In this document: in pieces, positions 12,315-25,469 of the stretch
Numbering within the stretch: position 1 is the stretch's first letter
Layout of the letters: every line of letters begins with the position of its first letter
Source: Heterodontus francisci
Lineage: Eukaryota
Assembly (NCBI RefSeq): GCF_036365525.1
Contig: NC_090404.1
Span: forward strand, 1,798,001 to 1,862,000
Reading direction: 5' to 3'
DNA: 64,000 nt
Translations under genes and position numbers: made by a program
Notes under the pieces: model-generated
What the model was told of the DNA's origin: nothing
Seen by the model: only the letters and a program-made list of their open reading frames with translations
Database searches by the model: none

Positions 12315-15300
12315 AAAGGACAAGTGACGTGACCCTATTCTGGGAGAGGGACCCACAAGGACAGGCAGTCTGACCCTATTCTTGGAGACGGACCCGAAAG
12401 AACAGGCAGTCTGACCCAATTCTAGGAGAGGGACCCTAAAGGTAAGGCAATCTGACCCTATTCTTGGAGATGGACCCTAAAGGACAGGCAGTCTGACCCT
12501 ATACGGCCGATGGACCCGAAAGGACAGGCAGTCTGACCCTATTCTGGGAGATGGACGCTAAAGGATAGGCAGTCTGACCCTATTCTGGGAGAGGGACCCA
12601 CAAGGACAGGCATTCTGACCCTATTCTGGGAGATGGATGCTAAAGGACAGGCAGTCTGATCCTATTCTGGGAGATGGACCCTAAAGGACAGGCAGTCTGA
12701 TCCTATTCTGGGAGATGGACCCGAAAGGACAGGCAGTCTGACCCTATTCTTGGAGAGGGACCCCAAAGGACAGGCAGTCTGACCCTAATCTTGGAGAGGG
12801 ACCCCAAAGGACAGGCAGTCTGACCCTATATGGCCGATGGACCCTAAAGAACAGGCTGTCTGACCCTATTCTGGGAGATGGACCCTAAAGGACAGGCAGT
12901 CTGACCCTATTCTTGGAGAGGGATCCTGAAGGACAGGGAGTCTGACCCTATTCTGGGAGAGGGATCCTAAAGGACAGGCAGTCTGACCCTATATGGCCGA
13001 TGGACCCTAAAGAACAGGCTGTCTGACCCTATTCTGGGAGATGGACCCTAAAGGACAGGCAGTCTGACCCTATTCTTGGAGAGGGATCCTGAAGGACAGG
13101 GAGTCTGACCCTATTCTGGGAGAGGGATCCTAAAGGACAGGCAGTCTGACCCTATTCTTGGAGAGGGATCCTGAAGGACAGGGAGTCTGACCCTATTCTG
13201 GGAGAGGGATCCTAAAGGACAGGCAGTCTGACCCTATTCTTGGAGAGGGATCCTGAAGGACAGGGAGTCTGACCCTATTCTGGGAGAGGGATCCTAAAGG
13301 ACAGGCAGTCTGACCCTATTCTTGGAGATGGACACGAATGGACAGGCAGTCTGACCCTATTGTTGGAGAGGGACCCTAAAGGACAGGCAGTCTGACCCTA
13401 TTCTTGGAGAGGGACCCTAAAGGACAGGCAGTCTGACCCTTTTGTTGGAGATGGACCCTAAAGGACAGGCAGTCTGACCCTATTCTTGGAGATGGACCCT
13501 AAAGGACAGGCAGTCTGACCCTATTCTTGGAGAGGGACCCTAAAGGACAGGCAGTCTGACCCTTTTGTTGGAGATGGACCCAAAAGGACAGGCAGTCTGA
13601 CCCTATTCTTGGAGAGGGACCCTAAAGGACAGGCAGTCTGACCCTTTTGTTGGAGATGGACCCAAAAGGACAGGCAGTCTGACCCTATTCTTGGAGAGGG
13701 ACCCTAAAGGACAGGCAGTCTGACCCTTTTGTTGGAGATGGACCCTAAAGGACAGGCAGTCTGACCCTTTTGTTGGAGATGGACCCTAAAGGACAGGCAG
13801 TCTGACCCTATTCTTGGAGATGAACCCTAAAGGACAGGCAGTCTGACCCTATTCTTGGAGAGGGACCCTAAAGGACAGGCAGTCTGACCCTTTTGTTGGA
13901 GATGGACCCTAAAGGACAGGCAGTCTGACCCTATTCTTGGAGAGGGACCCTAAAGGACAGGCAGTCTGACCCTTTTGTTGGAGATGGACCCGAAAGGACA
14001 GGCAGTCTGACCCTATTCTGGGAGAGGGACCCTAAAGGACAGGCAGTCTGATCCTATTCTGGGAGATGGACCCGAAAGGACAGGCAGTCTGACCCTATTC
14101 TTGGAGAGGGACCCCAAAGGACAGGCAGTCTGACCCTAATCTTGGAGAGGGACCCCAAAGGACAGGCAGTCTGACCCTATATGGCCGATGGACCCTAAAG
14201 GACAGGCTGTCTGACCCTATTCTGGGAGATGGACCCTAAAGGACAGGCAGTCTGACCCTGTTCTTGGAGAGGGATCCTGAAGGACAGGGAGTCTGACCCT
14301 ATTCTGGGAGAGGGATCCTAAAGGACAGGCAGTCTGACCCTATTCTTGGAGAGGGATCCTGAAGGACAGGGAGTCTGACCCTATTCTGGGAGAGGGATCC
14401 TAAAGGACAGGCAGTCTGACCCTATTCTTGGAGAGGGATCCTGAAGGACAGGGAGTCTGACCCTATTCTGGGAGAGGGATCCTAAAGGACAGGCAGTCTG
14501 ACCCTATTCTTGGAGATGGACACGAATGGACAGGCAGTCTGACCCTATTGTTGGAGAGGGACCCTAAAGGACAGGCAGTCTGACCCTATTCTTGGAGAGG
14601 GACCCTAAAGGACAGGCAGTCTGACCCTTTTGTTGGAGATGGACCCTAAAGGACAGGCAGTCTGACCCTATTCTTGGAGATGGACCCTAAAGGACAGGCA
14701 GTCTGACCCTATTCTTGGAGAGGGACCCTAAAGGACAGGCAGTCTGACCCTTTTGTTGGAGATGGACCCTAAAGGACAGGCAGTCTGACCCTATTCTTGG
14801 AGAGGGACCCTAAAGGACAGGCAGTCTGACCCTTTTGTTGGAGATGGACCCTAAAGGACAGGCAGTCTGACCCTATTCTTGGAGAGGGACCCTAAAGGAC
14901 AGGCAGTCTGACCCTTTTGTTGGAGATGGACCCTAAAGGACAGGCAGTCTGACCATTTTGTTGGAGATGGACCCTAAAGGACAGGCAGTCTGACCCTATT
15001 CTTGGAGATGAACCCTAAAGGACAGGCAGTCTGACCCTATTCTTGGAGAGGGACCCTAAAGGACAGGCAGTCTGACCCTTTTGTTGGAGATGGACCCTAA
15101 AGGACAGGCAGTCTGACCCTATTCTTGGAGAGGGACCCTAAAGGACAGGCAGTCTGACCCTATTCTTGGAGATGGACCCTAAAGGACAGGCAGTCTGACC
15201 CTATTCTGGGAGAGGGACCCTAAAGGACAGGCAGTCTGACCCTATTCTGGGAGATGGACCCTGAAGGACAGGCAGTCTGACCCTATTATTGGAGAGGGAT

Positions 15301-16560
15301 CCTAAAGGACAGGCAGACTGACCCTATTCTTGGAGATGGACCCTAAAGGACAGGCATTCTGACCCTATTCTGGGAGATGGACCCTAAAGGACAGGCATTC
15401 TGACCCTATTCTGGGAGATGGACCCTAAAGGTCAGGCAGTCTGACCCTATTCTGGGAGATGGACCCGAAAGGACAGGCAGTCTGACCCTATTCTGGGAGA
15501 TGGACCCGAAAGGACAGGCAGTCTGACCCTATTCTGGGAGATGGACCCTAAAGGACAGGCAGTCTGACCCTATTCTGGGAGATGGACCCGAAAGGACAGG
15601 CAGTCTGACCCTATTCTGGGAGATGGACCCGAAAGGACAGGCAGTCAGACCCTATTCTTGGAGAGGGACTTGAAAGAACAGGCTGTCTGACCCTATTCTG
15701 GGAGATGGACCTGAAAGGACAGGCAGTCTGACCCTAGTCTTGGAGATGGACCCTAAAGGACAGGCAGTCTGACCCTATTCTTGGAAATGGACCCTAAAGG
15801 ACAGGCAGTCTGACCCTAGTCTTGGAGATGGACCCTAAAGGACAGGCAGTCTGACCCTATTCTTGGAGATGGACCCTAAAGGACAGGCAGTCTGACCCTA
15901 TTCTGGGAGATGGACCCTAAAGGACAGGCAGTCTGACTCTATTCTGGGAAATGGACCCTAAAGGACAGGCAGTCTGACCCTTTATGGCTGATGGACCCTA
16001 AAGGAAAGGCAGTCTGATCCTATTCTGGGAGATGGACCCTAAAGGATAGGCAGTCTGACCCTATTCTGGGAGATGGACCCTAAAGGACAGGCAGTCTGAC
16101 CCTATATGGCTGATGGACCCTAAAGGACAGGCAGTCTGACCCTTTATGGCTGATGGACCCTAAAGGAAAGGCAGTCTGATCCTATTCTGGGAGATGGACC
16201 CTAAAGGAAAGGCAGTCTGATCCTATTCTGGGAGATGGACCCTAAAGGATAGGCAGTCTGACCCTATTCTGGGAGATGGACCCTAGAGGAAAGGCAGTCT
16301 GACACTATTCTGGAGATGGATCCTAAAGGAACGGCAGTCTGACTCTGTTCCGGGAGATGGACCCTAAAAGACATGCCATGTGACCTTATTCAGTGAGATG
16401 GGCACTGAAGGATAAATGTTCTGTTCTTATTCTTGAAGTTGGGTCTGAAAGGACAAGTATTCTGTCCTTATGCTGGGTGTATAAAGGACAGGTGATCTGA
16501 CCTTATTCTGGGAGATGGACCCTAAAGAGTGGCGGTCTGACCTTCTGTGGTGCATCCAGG
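12315..16560. repeat. 41-bp minisatellite (aaaggacaggcagtctgaccctattcttggagatggaccct)n, about 100 units, in the TM1-TM2 intron
   Basis: Direct periodicity; variant units recur at an offset of about 1.19 kb (13331/14520, 13821/15009). Confidence 0.96.
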
Positions 16561-16760
16561 CCCTCGGGACAGGTGAAGAGAAAAGCTTCAAAGTCCCAAT
16601 GGTTGTGAAGGGCTCCTCACTGCACTGTTCGTCTGTTCCTAATGTGATAGTTGGAATCTCAGCGTCAGATAATAAGATGTGGTGATAAATTGAAGGTAAT
16701 CACTGGCTCTTTTTAGGATGTCTGTGTTGTTGTTCATTTGATAGTTAAAAGTCTGGTTAC

Positions 16761-16894
16761 CTTGACAACAGTAACAAAGGTACTGTAGAGGAAACTTAGA
16801 ATAAACAGAATGGCAAAGGCAGCGACTGTTAGCACGTTGTCGTCTCCATCCCAATCTCCCGCTTCTTCCTTCCCTTCCAGGTCTGAAAGGTTAT
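16761..16894 (-). CDS. IgW: TM1 exon (DNLSDLEGKEEAGDWDGDDNVLTVAAFAILFILSFLYSTFVTVVK)
   Basis: ctttcag| phase-1 acceptor, AAG|GTAACC donor; acidic spacer plus antigen-receptor TM (CART) motif F..SF.YST.VT. Confidence 0.95.
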
Positions 16895-17989
16895 CTGAAA
16901 GAAATGAGAAATTGGGGTTGTTAAAGTTCATTGTGGACATTTCCTGAAGGTCAACAACATCTCAATAGTTTGAAGATGATACAGCGAGGGAGGAGGTTAT
17001 GATGGAGCAGCACTGGGGGCAGTGAATCATTAGACAGTCTTTATCTCTATCTTGTCTGTCTTTGTCACTTTCTCAGTCTGTCTCTCTCTCTGGTTCTGTC
17101 TCCCTCTTTGTCTCTGTCTTTCTGTCTCTCTCACTTCCTTCCCTCTATCTCACATATTCTGTCCCCCTCTCTCTATTTTACTGTCGCTCTCGTAATTTCT
17201 CCCTCTCTTTGTCTCACTCACTGATACTCTCAAACTCATGCACAAACATCTGATGGACATTAAATCACTTCCAAAACCTCGGTCCTTCCGTCTCCCCTTG
17301 ATTCTTCATTTCCCTGTTGTGTTATCCAACCTATCAACTCAAACACGAGTTGCTGACTCCTTGGCTTCATTAACAGTCAGTGACCGACAAACAAACCCAT
17401 TGATTATGAAGCACTCTCAGATTATCCCTGTAGCCAGGATGAGATGCATTGCAACTTGAAAAATGTTGTTCTTTCTGATTCTCTGCTTCTATATAAAGTT
17501 GTCATCAACATAAAATTTTCTGAGGCTGCATTAAATGAACCTTTAAATTCAAAGGAGTCAATGGCCTCATCTGCTCAATGACATAAACTCTTCTGAGCGG
17601 TGATGTGAGTGAGTGAGGGACCAAATGGGATGTGAAAGCCTGCGATTGATGGATCACTGTAATGTAATAACGGGAAGTAATCCAGTGATGGTTAGTGTGC
17701 AAACATGAGGGGATCTTCCAGCCTCATTGCTACAGAGCCCTCTGTCATTGCGATACTATTAACTACAGTTTTCCACAGGATAGCTTATTGGTCAAGTGTT
17801 ATAAGTGAGATTTAGTTTGGTATTGACAGACAGACGTTTCACTAAACCATTGGTTTGAAAAGTGACCAGTGTCTAAACACACGACTTCTTTCATTCAACC
17901 TCATCCATCCACACCTGGTTGAGCAGCACCGAGGTGCCTGAGCACCTCAAACAGGGACATCCCTCACCTGACACAGGTGGCTTTGTGGG

Positions 17990-18290
17990 GAGCATGTTTG
18001 CCTCTGAGTCTGAAGGTTATGGGTTCCACTCCAAAGACTTCAGCCCATAATATAGGTCGACACTCCAGTGGAGGACTGAGGAAGTGCTGAACTGTCAGGT
18101 GTTGTCTTTCAGATGAGACGTTAAATAATGGCCCCTCAGGTGGATGTAAATAATCCCACAGCGTTATTAAAAGAAAAGCAGTGGAATTCTCCACAGTGTT
18201 CTGAGACAACATTTAATCCCTCAACAAACATCTAAAAACAGATGATGTGGTCATTCTCACAGCTCTTATTGTGGGATCTTGCTTTGCACA
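17990..18290 (+). mobile_element. tRNA-head/Deu-type SINE (related copies at about 21110-21560, 33500-33950, 35760-36200, 47650-48030, and 57535-57800 minus)
   Basis: Shared core actgagggagtgctgcactgtc.gaggtgc.gtcttt..gatgagac.ttaaac among dispersed copies. Confidence 0.65.
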
Positions 18291-18607
18291 AACTGAAATT
18301 GCTCAACAATGAATGACCAAAGTCCATCGAGTTTGCCTTCTGCCATCCTGATATTCGTGTGATACAATGATGATGGAGTTGTGAACTAATCATATCAATC
18401 AATCTCTTATTGATTCATCTACAACAGACCCAGACATGCAGTGAGGAAATCCCAGTGGTGGAGAACTTTGGAAACTGTAGGTCCAAAGTCCCCTGTTCCT
18501 CCCAAACATGCTACACCCCCCACACCTCATGTCCCAAGTTTCTCATTTACTGTCTCCCAAAACACAGCAATAATGAACACCCGAAACTAAAACCTTTTCA
18601 CATCTCG

Positions 18608-18760
18608 TTTATTGAAATTGGATCAGTACATTAACAAATTACTAATACATTTAACCCTTCATGGGGTCCCATACAAGTTTCACACTTGCTCAAACACAGC
18701 ACAAGAAGGTTTCAAAAAGAACTCTGGACATTCAGACATTTGGAGAAAAGGATGTTTATT
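18608..18760 (-). terminator. Poly(A) signals for the long secretory form
   Basis: AATAAA on the minus strand at 18755-18760 and 18608-18613, downstream of the CH8 stop. Confidence 0.65.
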
Positions 18761-18902
18761 GTCTAATTTGATCAATGGATATTTTTTTTCCTCAGTTACT
18801 GCCAGAAGAGAGATTTCATAGCGATCACAACAATCCTCTGGTCGGGTTAACCATACATTTACAGGGATTAGAGAAATAGGTGATTGATTGAATCAGTAGA
18901 TG

Positions 18903-19285
18903 TTATGAACAGGATTTAAAGCTATCAGTTAGAACAAGTGAGACATTGACCAAGGTGGGTTTGTTATGAGATTTATTGATGCTTCTGAACAAACTGGTTG
19001 TGACTGACTCGTGTCCCACCACACAGGAATAAGTGGTTCCGCTGTTCCACTCCTCTGCAGAGACTGTCAACTGACTGCCTGAGTTCCAGCCACTTCTGCC
19101 ATCCTCGGTCACTGGCTGGTTCACAAACCCTGACTTCAGAAGCGTGTCATTGGCCATCCAGGCCAGGTAGATCTCTGCGGGGGAGAATCCGGTGACCAGA
19201 CAAACCAGGGTTGCCGTCTGATCCGTCTCCATCTCATGTGGTGAAGGGGGGAGGAGGTAGACTTGAGGATGAGTCTGAACATCAA
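18903..19285 (-). CDS. IgW: CH8 exon with secretory tailpiece (...SINKSHNKPTLVNVSLVLTDSFKSCS*)
   Basis: tttccag| acceptor; PQVYLLPPS...TLVCLVTGFSP...YSCVVGHE; IgM-like tailpiece with NVS sequon and penultimate Cys. Confidence 0.95.
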
Positions 19286-19574
19286 CTGGAAACAGAGACA
19301 ACCTGGGTTAGACTGAGTCTTTCACTCATCCTGTATTTACCTAACATGTTCTATTCTTCTACAAACCTAGGAACTTTTGCATCCCCAAGAACCCCTCCTA
19401 TATCAGAAACTAAAAGCATTTCTCTTTTTGTTCATTGTTGGAGTAGAGGGTGCATGGGATGGAATCTTCAATCATGCTGATTTTATAACCAGTGAGAATA
19501 CCTTGTTCAGTTTAAACATTTGGAGCCAGTGAACAACTGGGACTCTGCAGAAAGAGTGTCCGAATGTTTAATGA

Positions 19575-19975
19575 GGATGGACTGTTCTTTGAATGATCAA
19601 TTTAATCAAAATTCTTAAAATCGTGAGGGATTTTAATGGAATAAATAAGGATAAAGTGTTTCCACTGGTACGAGAGTCAGTAAATAGAGGGCAGTCATTT
19701 TAGAGAATTGGCAAACAACCAGAGGGAAAGAGAGGAGAATCTTCTTTTGCTCAGTGAGTTCTGATGATCTGGAAAGCACTGCCTGAAAGGGGGTGGTGGA
19801 AACAGATTAAATAGCAACTTTCACAAGGGAATTGTATATCTGGTTGAAAGAGAGAAAACTGCAAGGCTATTGGGGAAGAGTAGATCGGGTGTGAGATTAT
19901 TGAATAGCTCTTTCAAAGAGCTGGCCCAGGGGTGATGGACTGAATGGCCTCCTTCTGTGTTATATGATTCTATGA
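19575..19975 (+). mobile_element. Old CR1 3' fragment
   Basis: Decayed CR1 C-terminus and tail gaatggcctccttctgtg..tatgattctatga. Confidence 0.65.
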
Positions 19976-20415
19976 GAAACATCAGAGATCCACTTCCCAG
20001 CCCCTGCTTACTGTTGTTGAGAGTTCGGCTTCAGGGATTATTCTCGTCCTGTGGTGTCTGCTTCATCTCCCCCTTCCTCTTAATGGATTTGCTCGGCTTC
20101 AACCTACTCCTCAGACAGACGATCTCCCTCACCATTCCAATGGCTGACTTGACTCGGGATCTTTCTAATGTTGTGAAAGCTGCTAATCCCTCTCTGTTTA
20201 TTCCATAACCGTGAACTGATTCCATGGGAGTCAGTGTGATTTGGAGTGAGGCTGTTGTGGTGATTTGAGGTTTTATCTGATCTATTTCTTGGCAGTGTTT
20301 GCACATCTCTTGGTCTTTAACACAGTCTGACACCCCGGATTAAACAGCTTACTGTTAGATATTAATAAATCACTTAATTTGCTAAGAACAGACTCACAGT
20401 TCCATCCACACGTAC

Positions 20416-20736
20416 CTTGAGCTTTCCTGATTGACCTCTTCTCCGGCGTTGGCAAACTCTTGTCCTCCACCAAACACAAATACTCAACCCCACTCTCCCA
20501 CTCTGCAGCAGGGACCGTCAGTCTGCTGAAGATCACGTCTTTATCTCCAATCCTCTCGGGACCCTGAGTCTTCACTCCATCTTCTCTCTCACTTCCATCC
20601 ACCTGCCAGGTTACCCTGACCCCCTCTAAATCACCATGAAGTACCTCACAAAGAATTGTCGCCATCCTGTTCCTCCAGATCTCTTCAAAAAGAGGCTTGC
20701 TTAAGATGACCGAGATCCCAGTGTCCAAACATTCAT
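20416..20736 (-). CDS. IgW: CH7 exon (DECLDTGISVILSKPLFEEIW...ILCEV...YLCLVEDKSLPTPEKRSIRKAQ)
   Basis: ctcccag| acceptor, G|GTACGT donor, 321 nt; C1-set domain with an extra N-terminal Cys. Confidence 0.92.
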
Positions 20737-21703
20737 CTGGGAGAAATATTACAATATTATTTTCTGATTCCATAATGGGATGTCGGCTTCACTTGCAATG
20801 CTGGCATTTCATGCTCATCTCCAGAGATACAACTGAGTGGTTAGCTTGGCTACTTCAGAGGGGAGTTATGTGTCAAGCACAGTGGTATGGGACTAGAACC
20901 ACCAGGGTAAAGGCAACAGGTATCCTTTCCCAAAGGAACATTCACAAACCAGTTGGGTTTTTATGACCATCCGACAGCTTCATGGTCACTTTTATTGAAA
21001 CCAACTTTCTATTTCCAAATTTTACTTTTCAAACTGAATTCAAATTCTCAAACTGCCTCGGTGGGATTTGAACTCAGTTCTCAGGATTATGAACTGTACC
21101 TGTCAATCTTGGCTCATTGGTAGGGCCCTCTCCTCTATGTCGGAAGGTTGTGTGTTCAAGCTCCACTCCAGAGACTTGAGCACATAATCAAGACCGACGT
21201 ACCCGGAGCCAGGACTGAGGGAGTGCATCACTGTCAGACCTGCCGTCTTTCAGATGAGATGTTACACCAAGGCCTACTCTGCCTTCTCAGGTGGACCAAA
21301 GTGATCCTATGGCCATGATTCAAAAGAGGGAAGGGGAGATGTCCTCCGTGGCCTGGTCAAGATTTATCTCAAATTCAACAACACTGAAACAGATTATCTG
21401 GTCATCATCATATTGCTGTCTGTGGGACCTTGTACACAAATTATTTGACGCGCTCCTTGTATTGCAATAGTGACTGCACTTCAAAAAAATACTTTGTTGG
21501 CTGTCAAGTGTTTTGGAATGTCCTGAGGATGTGAAAGATGCAACAAAAATGCTATTATTTCTTTCTTTGTCCAGTCCTCTGGCTTTCTAGTCCACTTACA
21601 GAACCACTACATTACTGCACGTTTTGAACTTGTCTGGACCTAATTGAGTTTATAGCCATCGGGACAAATGATATTAATATTGGAGTCAGGCCCAGGATCC
21701 TAC

Positions 21704-22021
21704 CTTGGACATTGTTCACCTCCTTGCTGGTTTTGTAGTTGGAGGGTGGATGAGACACTGTGCAGTTGAAGATTGAACCCTTCCTCCACTCCTCTGTACT
21801 CACAGTTAGGTAGTGACTGACACTGAACGTTCCCACCTGCTCCAGAGCAGTGAGTCCAGCGCGGGTGTTGGAGGAGAGCGGAGTACCGTCTTTCTCCCAG
21901 AAGACGTGTATGAGGTCTGGGTAGAATCCAGTGATCACACACTCGAGTGTGACTGTGCTCTTTCTTTTGGTCTCTTGGGCTGGTGGAGGCAGCAGTCTGA
22001 CAATGGGACTTTTTGGCTCGA
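21704..22021 (-). CDS. IgW: CH6 exon (paralogue of CH4)
   Basis: attccag| acceptor, G|GTAGGA donor, 318 nt; VEPKSPIVRLLPPPAQETKRKSTVTLECVITGFYP...FNCTVSHP. Confidence 0.92.
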
Positions 22022-22110
22022 CTGGAATATAGAGGCAAACAAAGGAAGTGTTAAACTTTTTCCTTCAAGTTTAACAAAGTTAGGTGTGTAATTTCTGATC
22101 TCTTGCCCAC

Positions 22111-22413
22111 CTTTTTCACTGCTTATCCGTTTTGACACAGTTGAGGATGAGGAAGCATGTTGGGCAGAGCACTCAAACTCGACCCCGCTGTCCCACTCCT
22201 CCACGCTGGTTTGAAGTTGGCTGATGACCATCTGTAGGGTCCCTTCCTCTGTCGGTCGCTGAGTCTTAACCCCATCACTTCTCTTCTTCCTGCTCACCTC
22301 CCAGGAGATCTGAACATGGCTGGGATCAGAACAGAGCACTGCACACTCCAGGGTAGCAGTCTTGTTGATCCAAACCTCTTCCATCGAAGGATTTTGGATA
22401 AAGACAGACATTT
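22111..22413 (-). CDS. IgW: CH5 exon (paralogue of CH3)
   Basis: ttctcag| acceptor, G|GTGGGC donor, 303 nt; 25 of 101 aa differ from CH3 (hand count). Confidence 0.92.
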
Positions 22414-23269
22414 CTGAGAATGGGAAACGGAAAACTTCAGAAGAACTGACATTGTCTGATGTCAGCAGGCTTCAGAATTTTAGACTTTTCTATTGTTCAA
22501 TTGAACCACACACCATCCTGAGTTGGAAATATTTTGCGGTTCCTTCACTGTCGCTGGATCAAAGTCCTTGAACTTGCTCCCTAACAGCCCTGTGGGTGTA
22601 CCTGCACCAGATGCTCTGCAGCAGTTCAAGAAGGCAGCTCACCTTCACTTTCTCAGGGGCAATTAGGGATGAGCAGCAAATGCTGGCCTTGCCTGTGATG
22701 CCCACATCCCATGAAATGAATAAAAAAGATGATGTGATGGAAGGTGAAGACAGAATCCTTTATAATAGATAATATCTTGGGCTGATATTGGATCAAGCGA
22801 TACTGCAGCTAAATTTGTAGCAAATTGAACATTAGAAAATCCCAGGGTTATTTAAAAGTTATCTTGAATTTCTTAGCTTTTATGTTTTGATTGAGAAAAC
22901 ATAATCAGAGCATCTGGAACCCACCAGATCTGTTTTGAATCAGTTTGTCACAACTGTGACCAATAGATCCTCACTGGGGACTGCAATTGAATTGTGGGGC
23001 TGAGTGACATTTAGATGTGGTGATGTTAATAAAATGTAATGTCCAGTTTGTGAAATGGACTGATAGAGAGAGAGAGAGAGAGAGACAGATGCTCAGCAAA
23101 AGAAACAGCTGAATAAATGCTTGTTTACTTGCAGCCCCCGTGTGGGGCCGTGGATCGATGGCCTCACCTCTCCCTATCTCTGTTACCTTCAACAGCCTGT
23201 CTCATTTTCCTCTTCACTTCCCCTCTCAACTTATTTGGCCTGGTTCTCACTTGAAGATTTCACCTGATG

Positions 23270-24920
23270 TGCATCATCCACCCTTGTTTTTTGTTTCACC
23301 ATATTATCTGTCTCCTTCGTCATCCAACGAACCCTAGCTTTTGTTCCCCTGCTTTTCCCACTTGTTGGAATGTACCCAACCTATACCTGAAATATCTCTT
23401 CCTTAAAGATCATCCTTTGTTTCGTTACAGTTTTTCCTGTCAAACTTTGGTTCCATTTTACCCTGGCTGGATCCCCTCTCATCCCATTCAAGTTAGCCCT
23501 CTTCCAATTTAGAAGTTTTACTTTCGATTGTTCTTTGCTCTTCTCCATTATTAATCTAAACCTTATGATACGATGATCACTCATCCCCAAGTGTTCTCCC
23601 ACAGACACTTTGTCCACTTGGCCCATCTCATTCCTCAGCACTAAATCCAGCCTGGTTGGACAAAAACATACTGGTCAAGGAAATTCTCCTGAACACATTT
23701 CAGAAATTCCTCCTGCTCCTTTCCCTTTACTCTAACATGATCCCAATCAATATTTGGGTAATCAAAGCCCCCCAGTATCACCACTCTATTGTTCTTGCAC
23801 ATTTCTGTGATTTTCCTGCAGATTTGCTCCTCTGTCTCTCTCTCACAATTCGGAGGCCAATAGAATCCCCTCCCCAGTAGTGTGATCATACACTTTTAGC
23901 TTCTCAAATCTAAACAAATGGATTCCGTCCTTGCCCACTCAAGGACATCCTCTCCTTTCAACACTACAATATCTTCCCTAAACAGTGCTGTCACACCATC
24001 TTCCTTTTTTCCTTCCTTATCTTTTCTGAGCACTTTCTATCCTTGACGATTCAATGTCTAGTCGCAACATTTTTAAGCCACGTTTCTGTTATTACCACGA
24101 CATCATATTCCCACATGGCTATTTGCACGTGTAGTTTATCTTCCCTATTCACCACACTTTGTGCGTTACATACATGTTTTCTAAACCTGTCTTTGTATTC
24201 TTCATCTTCCTTTTTTTTGGTCTGCTTCTATCTGATGTCGTACTACTTCCTTCTCGAGCACTATCCAAGACTCCCACTCCTTTATGTACATTATTTTTCT
24301 TTTCTACTTTGATATGCAGGTGTGCAGGCCCCTTCCAATTTAGTTTAAACCCTTCCCAATGACACCAGTGAACCTCCCTGTGATGACATTGGTCCAGTCC
24401 TCTTTGGATGTAACCCGTCCCTTTTGAACAGATGCCTCCTGCCCGTGAACTGGTCCCAAAGCCCCAAGAATCTGAAGCCCTTCTTCCTGCATTCTGCCTC
24501 AAGCCACACATTGATCTTCCCTCCCTTCATATTTCTACTCTCACTGGCGCATGACTCTGGGCGTAATCCAGCGATTACTACCTTCGAGGTCTTACTTTGT
24601 AAACTTCCTCTCTAATTCCTGAATGTCTGACCATAGGACCTCAATACCTTCCCTCTCTATGTTGCTGATACCGACATGCAGCACAGCTTCTGCCACACTC
24701 CCCTCCCACTGCAGACTATTCTGCACTTTCTCTGTGATGTCCTTTACCCTGGCACCAGGGAGGCAACAAACCATGCAGGACTCATGATGAAGGTTACAGA
24801 AATGCCTGTCTGACCCCCTAACTATGGAATCTCCTAAAGCAACTGTATTTCTATGCTTTGCTGTTCTTCCCTGTGCAGTTCCTTGCCCACTGCTGCCATC
24901 GTCTGGACTACACTCATTCA
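23270..24920 (-). mobile_element. CR1 fragment (ORF1 esterase to ORF2 endonuclease)
   Basis: GDSIVRG, CCLPGARVKDI, DGLHP, GGFDYPNIDW and SDH motifs. Confidence 0.8.
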
Positions 24921-25469
24921 GTCTCCAGTGCTGAGTACTAGTCTGAAAGTGGCACATACCACAAAGACTCCTGCACATCTTCCTGTTTCCTTTTTAAAGC
25001 AAATTCAAATTCTCAAACTGCCTTGGTGTGATTTGAACTGAGTTCTCTGGATTATTAAATGGATATGTTAGCCATGGTTATTTGGTAGGAACTTCTCCTC
25101 TATGTCTGAAGGTTTGTGTGTTCAAAATCTACTCCAGAGACCTGAGCACTTGATCCATGCAGACACTCTCGGTGCCAGTATAAGGGAGTGCTGCAGATCA
25201 CAACTGTTCCCCCTCCATATAATGATAAGTTAAAAGTTGGGTGCAGCAGGAAGGATGACTATCATTGTATCAGGATCAAATACTTTAATGAGCTCTGAGA
25301 ATTACTTCCTCCAGCTGCAGTTTCAGATGATGTTCAATGCACAGTGTCCGACAAGACTGTCTTTTATTAACTTGAGATGTTCTCACTTTCTCTCCCCCAC
25401 CTTTGAAGCAGAATGATGAGCAATATCCTTGCAAAAAAGTGACAGATTGAGACTGATCTCACTGTCCAC

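Noticed and set aside
16585-16640. Alternative TM2 right after TM1 (cacattag|GAACAG...)
   Set aside because: Poor pyrimidine tract, atypical tail, and no poly(A) signal seen before the satellite.
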